Shown here: piece by piece, positions 1-11,274 of the stretch
Layout of the letters: each line of letters begins with the position of its first letter
Position numbering within the stretch: the first letter of the stretch is position 1
Origin: Octopus sinensis
Lineage: Eukaryota
Direction: 5' to 3'
Assembly: GCF_006345805.1 (NCBI RefSeq)
Contig: NW_021824012.1
Span: 1-20,074 of the forward strand
Length of the DNA stretch: 20,074 nucleotides
Made by a program: the position numbers and the translations under genes
The notes under the pieces: model-generated
The model's input: only the letters and a program-made list of their open reading frames with translations
Told to the model about the DNA's origin: nothing
Database searches by the model: none

Positions 1-61
1 GCGAAGGGATCGCGCCAGTGACGGGCGGAGACGGAAGGGAGAAGAAGAAAAATATGAACAG

Positions 62-330
62 TTTGCGGGCTTGCTGCTGCTGCTGCTGCTCCTGCTGCTG
101 CCTGCCTGTGTCGCCTGTTCGCCTGCTTCCCTGATTGCCTGTTCATTTGCCTGCATGCTTGCATGCCTGCATGCTTGCATGCCAGTATGCCCATCTGTCT
201 GTCTGTCTGTCTGTCTGCCTGTCTGCCTGCCTCTTTCTCTCTTTCTTTGTCTATCTCTCTGCGTGTCTGTCTGCCTGTCTTTTTTGGTTTTCTTGTTCCA
301 GTTGTTGTTGCTACTTTTGATGTTGTTCCC
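62..330. repeat. Compound low-complexity repeat (CTG / GCAT / CTGT units)
   Basis: Runs of ctg, gcctgcatgcttgcat and ctgt are directly visible; they explain ORFs 71..355 and 135..320. Confidence 0.9.
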
Positions 331-354
331 TGCTGCTAGTTTTGCTTTACTTTA

Positions 355-545
355 GCCTAAGGTCAACCTTGGTCAATGAAACTTATGATCAAAAATCATC
401 CAGCTATGCCTGTGACCATCCTGTCTTTTTGTTTTGGTATCGAGAATTACTTTAACTCGTGCCTCGTACAATTTTTTCTTACTTCTACAACAACAGCGTA
501 ATTTGATCGAGATTTAGCTGTTAATGCTAGTAAGTCAAGCAACGA
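355..545 (+). mobile_element. Degenerate interspersed repeat (family C in this report), with related copies at ~2115-2140, ~7655-7820, ~9545-9600 (inverted) and ~18120-18190 (inverted, ending in (AAC)n)
   Basis: cttatgatcaaaaatcatccagc..gaccatcctgtcttt (381-428) resembles cctatgaccaaaggtatataggcgttgaccatcttgattt (~7672-7711). A gatttRgctgctattt..agcag-like motif recurs at ~508, ~2117, ~7793 and, reverse-complemented, at ~9565. Aligned by eye only. Confidence 0.45.
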
Positions 546-627
546 CATACTCTCATTGTTACCTATCGATATATAGAAAGATACAGATATAAAAACAACA
601 GACTCACACAAACACACTCACACACAC

Positions 628-695
628 AGATGGATAGATAGACGGATAGACAAGCAGAGAGATAGACAGACAGACAAATAGATAGGCAGACTGAC

Positions 696-743
<48 letters not shown>

Positions 744-764
744 GGATAGATAGATAGATAGATG

Positions 765-805
<41 letters not shown>

Positions 806-845
806 TTAGATAGACAGAAAGACAGACAGATAGATATGTAGATAT

Positions 846-908
<63 letters not shown>

Positions 909-910
909 TG

Positions 911-970
<60 letters not shown>

Positions 971-1014
971 GATAGGTAGATGGATAGATGGATAGATAGA
1001 TTGATATATGTATT

Positions 1015-1058
<44 letters not shown>

Positions 1059-1090
1059 CACAGACAGACAGACAGACAGCGATAGACAGG
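628..1090. repeat. (GATA)n/(GACA)n tetranucleotide array followed by (TA)n and (GA)n
   Basis: Directly visible; explains ORF 806..1138. Confidence 0.97.
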
Positions 1091-1179
1091 CAGACCGATT
1101 TCTGGCTGTTTGTGAGAGATAGAAAGGTTGCAGGACAAGTGGGGAAGACGGCTTCCTGTTTGAAGTTAGCTCGTTGAAA

Positions 1180-1450
1180 ATTTGGTTGATTGGTTAATTT
1201 ATTTGGCTGTTTAACTGTTCACTTGCTTGTTCAGGTTGATGGTTGGTAGATTTATTGCTTGATTGGCTATTTGATTGGCAGATTGGTTTTTGGTTGATTA
1301 AATGGTCAGATAGACTGATTTCTTGCTTGATTGCTTTGTCAGGTTGTTGGCTGGTTGGCTGGTTGGCTGGTTGGTTGATTGGATCACAGAGTAATTTCAT
1401 GATTGATTAATAACTTGATTGAATAGCTGATTGGAGGGCTGCTTGGTTGA
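1180..1450. repeat. Degenerate (TTGG/TTGA)n repeat
   Basis: Recurrent ttgg/ttga units; explains ORF 1194..1400. Confidence 0.8.
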
Positions 1451-1882
1451 TCGATTAATATGTTGATTGGTTCGTCGTCTAGTTGTTTATCAAATAAGTT
1501 TGTTGGTTCATCACTGACGTGGGTGATATGGTGTTGTTGCCTAGATTTCATGCAGTACAGTCCTATAAAATGCGAATCGAATGCTCTGCAGTGTGACCAT
1601 CTGAAAGTACTCTCTTCCTGTCAACATCAGATTTTCTTTCTGCATGATTAGACTTGGTAGAAGCCATGGCAGAGGCAGTTAGTGAGGACTGAGTGGGAGC
1701 ATAACAATTACCGTAGTACCTATCAAATGTGGGGAAAGCAGACCGTTATAACAGCATGTTACTTTACCCAAGTACGTACCCTAAATTTTTCATCATTTAA
1801 CAAGCAATTCAGCCGTGATTTTGGAATATATAAAAAAAATTTTTTCTCTGATATAATATAGTTCAAACTTGGTTATCTAGAA

Positions 1883-2069
1883 CAGTGCACCGCAATCTTT
1901 TTTAACTTGCGGTACACTTATATTTCTGTTCAAAATTCGGCGGTACACCTGAACTAAAGATATAACTAAAAGTATAGGGGAAAAAATTATATTCAAGTCA
2001 CACCTCAGCACACATAACATCGTCTGGTGGCAGACCAGTGTTCCGCAGCATAGCGGTTGCGGTGCACTG
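1883..2069. mobile_element. hAT-superfamily (Charlie/hobo-like) MITE, 187 bp
   Basis: Perfect 13-bp TIRs cagtgcaccgcaa (1883-1895) / ttgcggtgcactg (2057-2069). 8-bp TSD atctagaa (1875-1882) / atctagta (2070-2077), 7/8 match with a CTAG core. Subterminal gcggtacac motifs. No ORF. Confidence 0.85.
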
Positions 2070-2913
2070 ATCTAGTATATTAATCCAAAGAAGATGTCGT
2101 CAAAATACCACTGGAAGATTTGACTGCTATTTGAAGCAGGATAAGTAGCAACACAGTTTCCTTCATTGGCGCGTATTCAGTTGTTTGCTTACTTCCTTGG
2201 GTTGATGGTTGATCATTGGAACTGACTGTAACTATATCATATTGGTGTGACTTGTTTATCCAGTTCTCTAGTGAAGGGTATTTGTATTGTTGTTGTTGTT
2301 GTTGATTATTGTAACGGAGGCGGTGGTGAAGTTAGTGATTATGGTGATGATGTTTAAGTTGTTGCAGCTTATTTGTATGTCTTTCATGAGCAAAATGTAA
2401 ACCCTTTTGAACCTTGTCTTGCTTGTTTAAGCCTTTTATAGTTCATTTATAGTTCTGTAGGACTATATTAAGCAAGACATCGATTCTTTTTTAAATAGTA
2501 AGATTTAATTTCAGGTAGATTTCGTTACTAATATTAGCAGGTTGAATGACCGCATTTGTAAAAATTCTCTCGTAGCATCTTGGAGTTGGTGTAATTGGAT
2601 GATTGGCTAGTAGAGTTAATCGGTGAGGGTTGAATAATGGAGTTATTTGGTCTGCTAGTAACTAGCTAATTATCTGGTTGGTTGAGTTGTTGGTAGAATA
2701 GTTACTTGTTTGTCAGGTTTGGTGGTGAGTGAAATACACGTTTTATTTAGCTTCACTATTCTGTAGTTATTTCGTTTACTGCTGCTTCAATCATTTACTC
2801 CACGTAATTGGTTTTCCTGTTGCAGCCGATTGCTATCGCACATTTTGTATGTATCTATGTGAGGGTGTGTCTAATACAAATACACAGACACGCACGCGCG
2901 CGCGCACGATTCA

Positions 2914-3225
2914 TGGCACCTTGGGCAGGTGTCATCTACTATAGCCTCGGGCCGACCAAAACCTTGTGAATGGATTTGCTAGACGGGAGAAGCCTGATGT
3001 ATATGGGTGTATGTGCGTGTGTGTATATACGTATGTGCGTGTCCCTATGTGTTTATACAGCACCAGTAATTGATAACCGGTGTTGGCGTGTTTATGTCCT
3101 CGTGACCTAGCTGTTCAGCAAAAGAGATAGACAGAATAAGCACCAGGCTTCGAAAAGAAATTATACGAACTGACCCATGTACTTATGCTTTTTAAGGTTG
3201 GGACTATCGACTTTTTTGTCGAATC
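2914..3225 (+). mobile_element. 5'-truncated SINE of a cephalopod-type family (body and tail; tRNA head missing)
   Basis: tggcaccttgggcaggtgtcatctactatagcctcgggccgaccaaaaccttgtgaatggatttg, an internal (TG/TA) tract, then gataaccggtgttggcgtgtttatgtcctcgtgacctagc..cagaataagcaccaggctt. Matches my recollection of an abundant octopus SINE body; not verified by search. Confidence 0.7.
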
Positions 3226-3289
3226 GCTAAGTTACAGAAACATAAATAGCAACTGGTGAGTGAGAAACGCAGACACAAAGACACAAACG

Positions 3290-3535
3290 CACAACACACA
3301 AAAATACATACCTATATAAGCACATACACACACACACACGCGCGCGTGTGTGTGTGTGTGCATATCGAGAGAGGTTAACGATATAGTTTGACATATAGAT
3401 AGATAGAAAGCATGACACGCAGTTTGATAGGTAGGTAGGTAGGTGGGTGGGCAGGTAAGTAGGTAGGTAGATGTGTGGGTGGGCAGGTAAGTAGGTTGGT
3501 AGGTATGTAGTTAGGTAGGTGGGCTTGTAGGTAGC
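3290..3535. repeat. (CA)n(CG)n(TG)n tract and degenerate (GGTA)n array
   Basis: Directly visible. Confidence 0.9.
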
Positions 3536-3583
3536 TCTGTAGTTACAATCTCTTGTAAGTTTTCGACAAACACAATTTGTTGT

Positions 3584-3668
3584 TCATGTTTCACTGGCTA
3601 GGATTGTGGGATAGGATTTTGCTTCTTCTTTCCTTCCTTCTCTTGATTTGCATCTGTATCTAGGAAAC
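3584..3668 (-). CDS. Candidate terminal coding exon of unknown product
   Basis: Strong minus-strand acceptor cctcttctctctcttag|g (AG at 3670-3669), then ..FPRYRCKSREGRKEEAKSYPTILASET*; a second frame is also open for 22 codons. No homology recognised. Confidence 0.25.
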
Positions 3669-4519
3669 CTAAGAGAGAGAAGAGGATTCGCTAGGCTGAC
3701 TTCCTTTTCACACATTACATCAAGGAAAGTTCTTTCAGTGTTAACGCAACCATCCATTAATGGTTTCAAAACATTCTGCAGTAAACAATGTTATTCTTGC
3801 TTTATATATTCCCTAAATGCTTCTATCGTTGTACTTTCGATGATGTTTTTCTACCTTCATATTCCATTTCTGAAATTCTTTCCACTTATTGTTTTGGTTA
3901 GGAAAGATTACATCTATAATTTTAACGGGAGACATTGCTATCTGTTTTTACCTTTAATTACTTTCTTTATGAATGCACTGGAGAAGGACGTGAATCTCAA
4001 CTTATCTACTGCATCCCCCGCAAAAAAATCGTACTTCGTAACTGAATAAAAGTAATCTCTATTGATAAGGAAATACCGTGATCTTCAAAGTGACCATCGT
4101 ATGCCTGAATTAGTCTACGAAATGCGAGTTGAACAGAAATAGATAGATATGTTGTAGCTCTTGTAGAACTAATGTAGTCTATTCTATCGGCAACGCAGTT
4201 CCTTTAGGGATGTTCGATTGATTCTAGAAACAAAAGGTGTACTTACAATATGCAAACAGTTGTTATATTAATGAAAGGTGATTACTTTTTGTAAAATAGT
4301 GAAAGTGGGACCTCGTAATACATCTGAATACATACATTTTCATATATGGAAAACTACCCTTTTTTTTTAAAGATATAATGAGTTAAAAACAAGATTGTGT
4401 TTTTCTCGGTTTCTAAACTTTTCACTGACATATTTAGAAAACATTGGTGATGGAAATTTACTGTTCCAAAAAGTGAACGGGCGTTATATAAAAATATCCT
4501 TTTTATTTATTTGTTTTGT

Positions 4520-4679
4520 TTAAAATATGTGAATGTTTATACATATATTTATATAGATATGCTTATGTACGCATTCATTTATGTATGTACGTATATCTAT
4601 GTGAGTGTGTATATACACACTTACAAACATATATCTACGATTGTATATATGTATGTATATAGATGTGTATGTTTTACAT

Positions 4680-4738
<59 letters not shown>

Positions 4739-4815
4739 ACTGATATAGAAGAGAGAGAGAGAAAGAGAGAGAGAGAGGGAAAGAGAGAGAGACAGAGAGA
4801 CAGAGAGAGATAGTC
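4520..4815. repeat. (TA)n/(TATG)n and (GA)n microsatellites
   Basis: Directly visible. Confidence 0.95.
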
Positions 4816-5226
4816 AGAGAGTCTGAAGCAGCTCGACAAACAGAGTGAACTACATGGTACATGTCTGAAGCCATATCATCTTCCTCTGGTCTCGTTCGTT
4901 AGCAATTTTAGCTAAGGTAAAATAAGTTCTGTTCCAGATGTATAATAATAAAAGCACAACTAACACGAAAGTAATATTGATCAATAACAGTCTTTTGAAA
5001 TTATTCGTAATATTATGACTTCATTATTATCGCCCACTGTAGTTAGCACTGTTTAACCTCTGCAGCAGCCCAGATTAAACTTAATGATTAAAAGACATTC
5101 CACTTTTGATCATATGGCATTTACCATGGAACTATGTTATATAATTTTTGGTTTTTGTTTAAACATAACAGAGTGTGATTTGAGGAAATCTGGTTACTAT
5201 TTTTACTATTTCAATCTAACATGCAG

Positions 5227-5263
5227 ATGCTTGTCATTGGCCCGTTCTCCTACAATTACACAG
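5227..5263 (+). CDS. Candidate 37-nt exon of unknown product
   Basis: tttttactatttcaatctaacatgcag|..acag|gtaagt; full-consensus donor; all three frames open (frame 0 MLVIGPFSYNYT). Confidence 0.25.
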
Positions 5264-5647
5264 GTAAGTTCTCATTTGTGCTGAAGTGCCTAATCTAACA
5301 GTTAGCCTGCTGGACTCATGACGCCAGCCCATTAAACTGAAAATGGTTTACGACTACTGCGGATTGGCGCCTTATTAACTATAGTCAAAGGCAAGATATC
5401 AAAGTCCGTTGAAATTTTACTGCACAGTGGCTGATTATGATGTTTTCTTTCATATTTGTGCCAAATATTGATTTTACTTAACTTGGGTAATTGTCAGAGA
5501 ATGTATTTAATGAATATAAATGATTGAAATACTCTCAGCATATTACCAATACCAAAAGGTAAGGAAAAGTTATGCCTTTAAAAAACAGAAATGCTTGTTT
5601 ATCACGTGCAACAGAAGACTAGTTGTTTCTTAGAACTTCGCACATAC

Positions 5648-5780
5648 AGGTATATTTCAATGAATTTAAGATATGGGCTTTTAGCTTTTAGCTTCAAGCC
5701 ACAAGTAACATCAGAGTGAAGCAGAGCAAAGATCTGGATGGCAATGTCTTGAAGAACGGTTCCAATTGTAGATAAGTGAA
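5648..5780 (-). CDS. Candidate 133-nt internal exon of unknown product
   Basis: Minus-strand catttcag|..ct|gtatgt; one open frame, HLSTIGTVLQDIAIQIFALLHSDVTCGLKLKAKSPYLKFIEIY. Confidence 0.2.
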
Positions 5781-5865
5781 CTGAAATGACTCGACTGGAA
5801 ATTTCTCATTGTAGCCAGTTACTCAAGAATTTTCAATTGTGGACATGACTCTATTCACTCGATTA

Positions 5866-5866
5866 C

Positions 5867-5910
<44 letters not shown>

Positions 5911-6044
5911 GCATATAAATATATACACATATATATACATATATATATATGTAAGTATATGTATATATGCATACATATATATATATGTATGTATGTAAAT
6001 GTATGTATGTAATATATATATGCATATATATATATATATATATA

Positions 6045-6076
<32 letters not shown>

Positions 6077-6110
6077 CGTGTGTGTGTTTACATATTTATA
6101 TACATGGATA
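5866..6110. repeat. (TA)n/(TATG)n microsatellite
   Basis: Directly visible. Confidence 0.95.
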
Positions 6111-6454
6111 CATAATACACATTAATCAATAAATAATGGCATTTAAATATTGGGTTGAAAAAAACCTTTTGGATGGAGAAAAGATAAAACTGCCTGTGGG
6201 AAACGAACACACATTTCATGTAGATATGACAAGTATTCTAACTATTGGACCAAACAAATCTGTCGTGTTTCTCTATCCATTTTATAAACTTTATTTTAAG
6301 TAATATTGACATGCTTTATAGCTTCAGGTGTTCTTCGAGAGTCACTGTTCCCAAAAAATGTGTGGGCGTGTGTGCGGGCACGTGTCTCTGTGTGTGTGCG
6401 TGTGTTTGTATACATATATGTTTTCTAGTTTTACTCTCCATATCTTTATCTATT

Positions 6455-6597
6455 GTTACACACACACACGCACATACACACACATACGGTTGCACTCACA
6501 TATACATACATACATGCATGCATACATACACACACATACATACATACATACATACATACATACATTCATACGTACGTACGTACGTACATACATACAT

Positions 6598-6633
<36 letters not shown>

Positions 6634-6803
6634 GCGTACGTACGTACGTACGTACATACATACATACGTACGTACATACATACATTCATACGTACGTACG
6701 TACGTACGTACGTACATACATACATACATACATACATACATACATACATACATACATACATACATACATACGTACGTACATACATACAGACATACATACA
6801 TAC
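6455..6803. repeat. (TACA)n/(TACG)n/(CA)n compound array
   Basis: Directly visible; explains five ORF-track entries between 6245 and 6892. Confidence 0.97.
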
Positions 6804-6907
6804 TGCAATATATTTTAACTGAGATCATAAACCAGCTGTTCCATATGTTCATTAAACCTATATTAAAAATTAAACCGATATGGTATTATTGAATTTTGAA
6901 ATAGAAT

Positions 6908-7142
6908 ATATTTCTTTACTATCCACAAGGGTCTAAACACAGAGGGAACAAACAAGGACAGACTAAGGGATTAAGTCTATTACATCGACCCCAGTGCGTA
7001 ACTGGTACTTAATTTATCGACCCCGAAAGGATGAAAGACAAAGTCGACCTCGGCGGAATTTGAACTCAAAACGTAATGGCAGGCGAAATAGCGCTAAACA
7101 TTTCGCCCGGAGTGCTAACGTTTCTGCCAGCTCGCCGCCTTA
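6908..7142 (-). mobile_element. tRNA-derived SINE, family A, near full length
   Basis: Reverse complement begins ggcggcgagctggcagaaacgttagc (A-box-like) and contains gagttcaaattccgcc (B-box). Aligns end to end with the + copy at 11044-11274. Confidence 0.92.
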
Positions 7143-7873
7143 CGATTTTGAAGTAGTATAATTTCATTGTGAAAGCATGAGCTCCGATTAGTCTTTAAGT
7201 GGCTACAAACTTGAATGATCCATGATGTCTAAATGAACTGGTCCAAGTTAAAGAACACCGCAACAGTATTGCTAACCTCTGATAATGTTAAACAGCTCAA
7301 AGAACTCGACTGTATTTTAAAAATCGTCCGTAAAAGTATACGCTTGCGACACCTATATTACAATCAGTGGAAGCATGTTGGGTATATATCGTGGAGGTGT
7401 GCAGATCTTCTGGACAATACATACATGCACACACAGACGTACACACAGATGCACATGCACGCAAGCACTCGCGCACACACGTATATACAATGTATGTATA
7501 TATTATAAATTAACATACCTATGCATATATATATATAGTAATATACGTATGAATATATATACATATATACACACATTCATATATGCCTGCACACACACAC
7601 ATACACAAATATCTTTCATATTATGATCATTGCGTCAATGCTATTCTTTGTTAACTTCCGGCCGACACAAGCCTATGACCAAAGGTATATAGGCGTTGAC
7701 CATCTTGATTTGTTCCAGTGCACCAGAAACCCATGATGGCATTATTAAACGTGAACTTTTTATCATAAGACTGCAAGATATGACATGAGGAAAATTTAGT
7801 TGCTACTTCTTGATGGCCTAGTCATATCCTCGTCACCCCTTTGTATTATAGCTATGATAGATGCTGAAGTGAG

Positions 7874-7940
<67 letters not shown>
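7874..7940. repeat. (TA)n(TG)n microsatellite
   Basis: Directly visible. Confidence 0.97.
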
Positions 7941-7941
<1 letters not shown>

Positions 7942-8069
7942 ATATTGGGTATTCCTAAGTGATGTGTCATATGGTAAGTCTTATGACGAATTATTTTAGT
8001 CATGACTTCAAATTTCTATCAGTCTTATAGATTTTAATATAATCACCAATATGTAAATTATTCTCATTG

Positions 8070-8587
8070 TCCCAGAAACGCTCGTTCTCTTTCTCATTGT
8101 TCCTCTTCAGCCTTGCACTTACACACTAACAGAATCTTTTCACTTCTATCTCCCATTCTCCCCCTCTTCGTTTTCCCCTCTCTTCCCATCTCCCCTTGTC
8201 GTTCTCTTAGTTTCTGCATAACTTGTCTCATTAAGTTTCACATAATCATATCGTTCTCTTCCTAATCCTCTCCCTTCCTGTCAGTCTTGCAACCTATCAG
8301 TTGCCTCCTTCTTTCTCTCATTATCACTTACTTCTCTCAAACCCAATTTCGTTTTCTCTCTTCCCTCTTCTTTTCTACTTTCTCTTACATTATCCTACTC
8401 TTACTTTTATTCACCCACGCTCATTTCTCTCTCTGTCTTTTCCTTTATAGTCATTTTCATCTCTATTACAAATATAAATCAGGATTTTCTGCGTCCCTAT
8501 CTTGAAACTCTGACTCACTTTGATTCCCACCCTAGTCTTCTAATGCTCCGTTTCACAATCACTTTCTCCCTACCTTTACATTTTGAT

Positions 8588-8625
<38 letters not shown>

Positions 8626-8711
8626 AACGTTTTCTTCATTTCTTAAATTCTCCTGCTTTTTCTTTCATATTGCTAACGTCTTCTTTCCCCAACATCCCAA
8701 CATTCTCCATT

Positions 8712-8760
<49 letters not shown>

Positions 8761-8904
8761 TCAAATCTACTCACGTGCATCTATTTTGACTGTTAGAAAT
8801 TAATGGTTCGCTTCCTGTGCAATAGTGTAAAGTTATTGTAACATTCACTGGGTTTAGCTATACTCACACACTAACACACGTACTCTCTCTCTCTCTCTCT
8901 CCCT

Positions 8905-8942
<38 letters not shown>

Positions 8943-9010
8943 CACACCAATACATACACACACTGCTACATATACTTGTTCCCACGTAGAGACACACACT
9001 AACACACATA
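8070..9010. repeat. Polypyrimidine-rich low-complexity region with (CT)n and (CA)n tracts
   Basis: C/T-biased stretch with (ct)n at ~8592-8622, ~8713-8756 and ~8882-8906, and (ca)n to ~8940. Confidence 0.8.
8775..8789 (-). other. Candidate 15-nt microexon
   Basis: Minus-strand ttaatttctaacag|tcaaaatagatgcac|gtgagt; length is a multiple of 3; two frames open. Confidence 0.15.
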
Positions 9011-9688
9011 GCCTTACATATTCGAAGCGCTTTATGAAACGGTGAGTTTTAAAACACAAATATGGAGAAAAAAATAAAATAAAAATAAAAAATCAAAGAG
9101 ACTATTCTAGCAAAAGGGAATGGAACTTAAACAATAAATCAACGACTAGAGAGTGCGCTTTTAGGCATTAGGGACTGTGCTTTCTCTCGAATTGCATGTG
9201 GAATATTATTAGAAATAAGGGCATCCAGTCATAGAAATCATACCACAGTAGAGAGTAGAGTTTGGCACAGTCGTCTGGTTTGTATTCGCTAACTTTAGGG
9301 GTCGTCATTTGCTTTGGTGCAGTGTAACTAATTTTTGTCATGTAAAATAGACAAGTATGCACAGATTAATTCGGATGTTTAACTTAATCACTGAGAGAGA
9401 CATGAGTACAACTGTTTTGTCCTTTTTACTTCTTTTCTTTTTACGATTCTGGAATCCTGCTTCTCTGTAACAGTTCCATCATAATCTGTGAGATATCATA
9501 GTGCTATCGACTCATGAGGAGCCTATGAGATTTCCAGCAAGAGAGTCGCTATACAATCGTTCGATCTGCTATAAATAGCAGCCAGAACTATCGGAATCAC
9601 AAGACATCCTTTCTTTCCTTAATCAAAAGACAGAATACATTATATAATGAAGTCTCAGGTACACTTGTATCTGAAACACATCACTTAC

Positions 9689-9735
9689 GGTGGGTAGAAT
9701 GACTCTGGTTGTCGATATGGAAGATTACTAGTGAC
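9689..9735 (-). CDS. Candidate 47-nt internal exon of unknown product
   Basis: Minus-strand gttactgttatttcactgtag|..cc|gtaagt in unique sequence between two repeats; open frames VTSNLPYRQPESFYP or SLVIFHIDNQSHSTH. Confidence 0.3.
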
Positions 9736-9817
9736 CTACAGTGAAATAACAGTAACTATCAATACAGCAGGAGCAAAAATAAAGAGCAACAACTAATTGT
9801 GCATATATATATATTAA

Positions 9818-10062
9818 CGCACAAGACGATGAGCACTTCACCGACATGAACGTGGTTCCCAGGGAGATTTAGCGTGATACAGAATGTGACAACGATGGCC
9901 CTTTGAATTAAAGGTACAACTCATTTTTGCCACCTGAGTGTGGACTCGAGCAACATGGAATAAAGCGTCTTGCTCAAGGACACAATGCACCGCCGGGAAT
10001 CGAACTCACGGCATTAAGATCATGAGCTGAATACACTAATTACTAAGCCACGCGTCTTCACC
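9818..10062 (-). mobile_element. tRNA-derived SINE, family B
   Basis: Reverse complement reads gtggcttagtaattagtg (A-box-like), gagttcgattcccggc (B-box), then ttgtgtccttgagcaagacgcttta..aaaaatgag. Aligns with the + copy at 11273-11460. Confidence 0.88.
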
Positions 10063-10679
10063 ATATATATATGTATGTTTGTATATATGTGTAAGTGTGG
10101 GTGTGTACCAATACACATACACCAGCACAGTAAGTATTACATTCAGTTTCCCGTCCCTATAATTATAAAAAGGTTAAGCCGACCTCTCATAACTTTCACT
10201 TGAACGCATGGCATTACAGTTATATCAAATCACTGCGAATTCACATTACTTCTTTCTATTGAATCATCTAATCGTTATTAATAATACTGAATATTCATGG
10301 GGTTTTTCTCAGTTCTTTTTTTATAATAACTCATCCTAAATTATGTCAATTTACTTTTAAAATATCAGCGATGCAATTAATATGCAATATTAATTGAATC
10401 ATTGTGATATATATGAAAAAAAAAAACCAGGAAAAGCAAGTAAAAACTAAGTATTTCACTCGAATTCTGTTTTCCGTATATATTTTTTTAAATTTCACTC
10501 TATGGAAGTATCATGATAAAGTTTATCGCTTGAGTTGCTTAACTCGTTCATAATACGGACAATTTCTTTCTCTGTGTTTATCTTTCTAAAGCAAACTCTG
10601 CTTCTCACAGCAACACTGTCATTGCACAATACTCCAAGAAATATGCTGAGCTAACCATGTAGCTACTATATGGGTGTTA

Positions 10680-10790
10680 GATTTAATACAGATAGAGAGA
10701 AATCTCCCTGAACTCAAACGTTTCTGTGTTTCAAAAAGGAAAAAGTCGGTGAGATATATTGGATTTGAAAAAGCATATGAGACAATAATG
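10680..10790 (+). pseudogene. Possible highly decayed non-LTR reverse-transcriptase relic
   Basis: In ORF 10674..10985, KRKKSVRYIGFEKAYETI resembles the RT motif (F/Y)(I/V)DFEKA(F/Y)D; a single short motif only. Confidence 0.25.
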
Positions 10791-11043
10791 GCTAGAACAC
10801 ATTTAATCATCGGTCAACTAAATCATGGCAAATCTGGAGCTAAAATACATGAAATGCGGTGGCAAACAAGGAGTTTACCTGTCACTTGTTTAAGTATTTG
10901 TAGGTTAGATATAAAACCACATTTCTTCTCATTATCTCCCTTTTCCTTCCTTCTTTTTGTGTGTGTGTGTGTGTGCGTGCGGTGAAGGCAACTGGTTTAT
11001 ATATATATATAATTTATATAATATATATATATATATATATATA

Positions 11044-11274
11044 AGGCGAGCTGGCAGAATCGTTAGCACGCCGGGCGAAATGCTTAGCGGTATTTCGGCT
11101 GCCGTTACGTTGTGAGTTCAAATTCCGCCGAGGTCGACTTTGCCTTTCATCCTTTCGGGGTCGATAAATTAAGTACCAGTTAAGCACTGGGGTCGATATA
11201 ATCGACTTAATACCTATGTATGTCCATGTTTGTCCCCTCTATGTTTAGCCCCTTGTGGGTAATAATGAAATAGG
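11044..11274 (+). mobile_element. tRNA-derived SINE, family A
   Basis: ggcgagctggcagaatcgttagc..gagttcaaattccgccgaggtcgactttgcctttcatcctttcggggtcgataaattaagtaccag..; colinear with the inverted copy at 6908-7142. Confidence 0.92.

Noticed and set aside
1556-1720. Minus-strand open frame YYGNCYAPTQSS..MASTKSNHAERK..IRIL* after a possible acceptor
   Set aside because: About 50 codons, a mediocre acceptor and no recognisable homology; within chance expectation.
1660-1750. U1 snRNA-like words (tggcag.. and caaatgtggggaaa)
   Set aside because: Spacing between the two matches is too short for U1; no 5' ATACTTACC and no Sm site/terminal stem. Judged coincidental.
3648-4049. 133-aa plus-strand ORF
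   Set aside because: F/L/I-rich composition typical of AT-rich non-coding DNA, a non-ATG start and no domain.
4247-4323. Minus-strand AG..GTAAGT-bounded segment
   Set aside because: Stop codons in all three frames.
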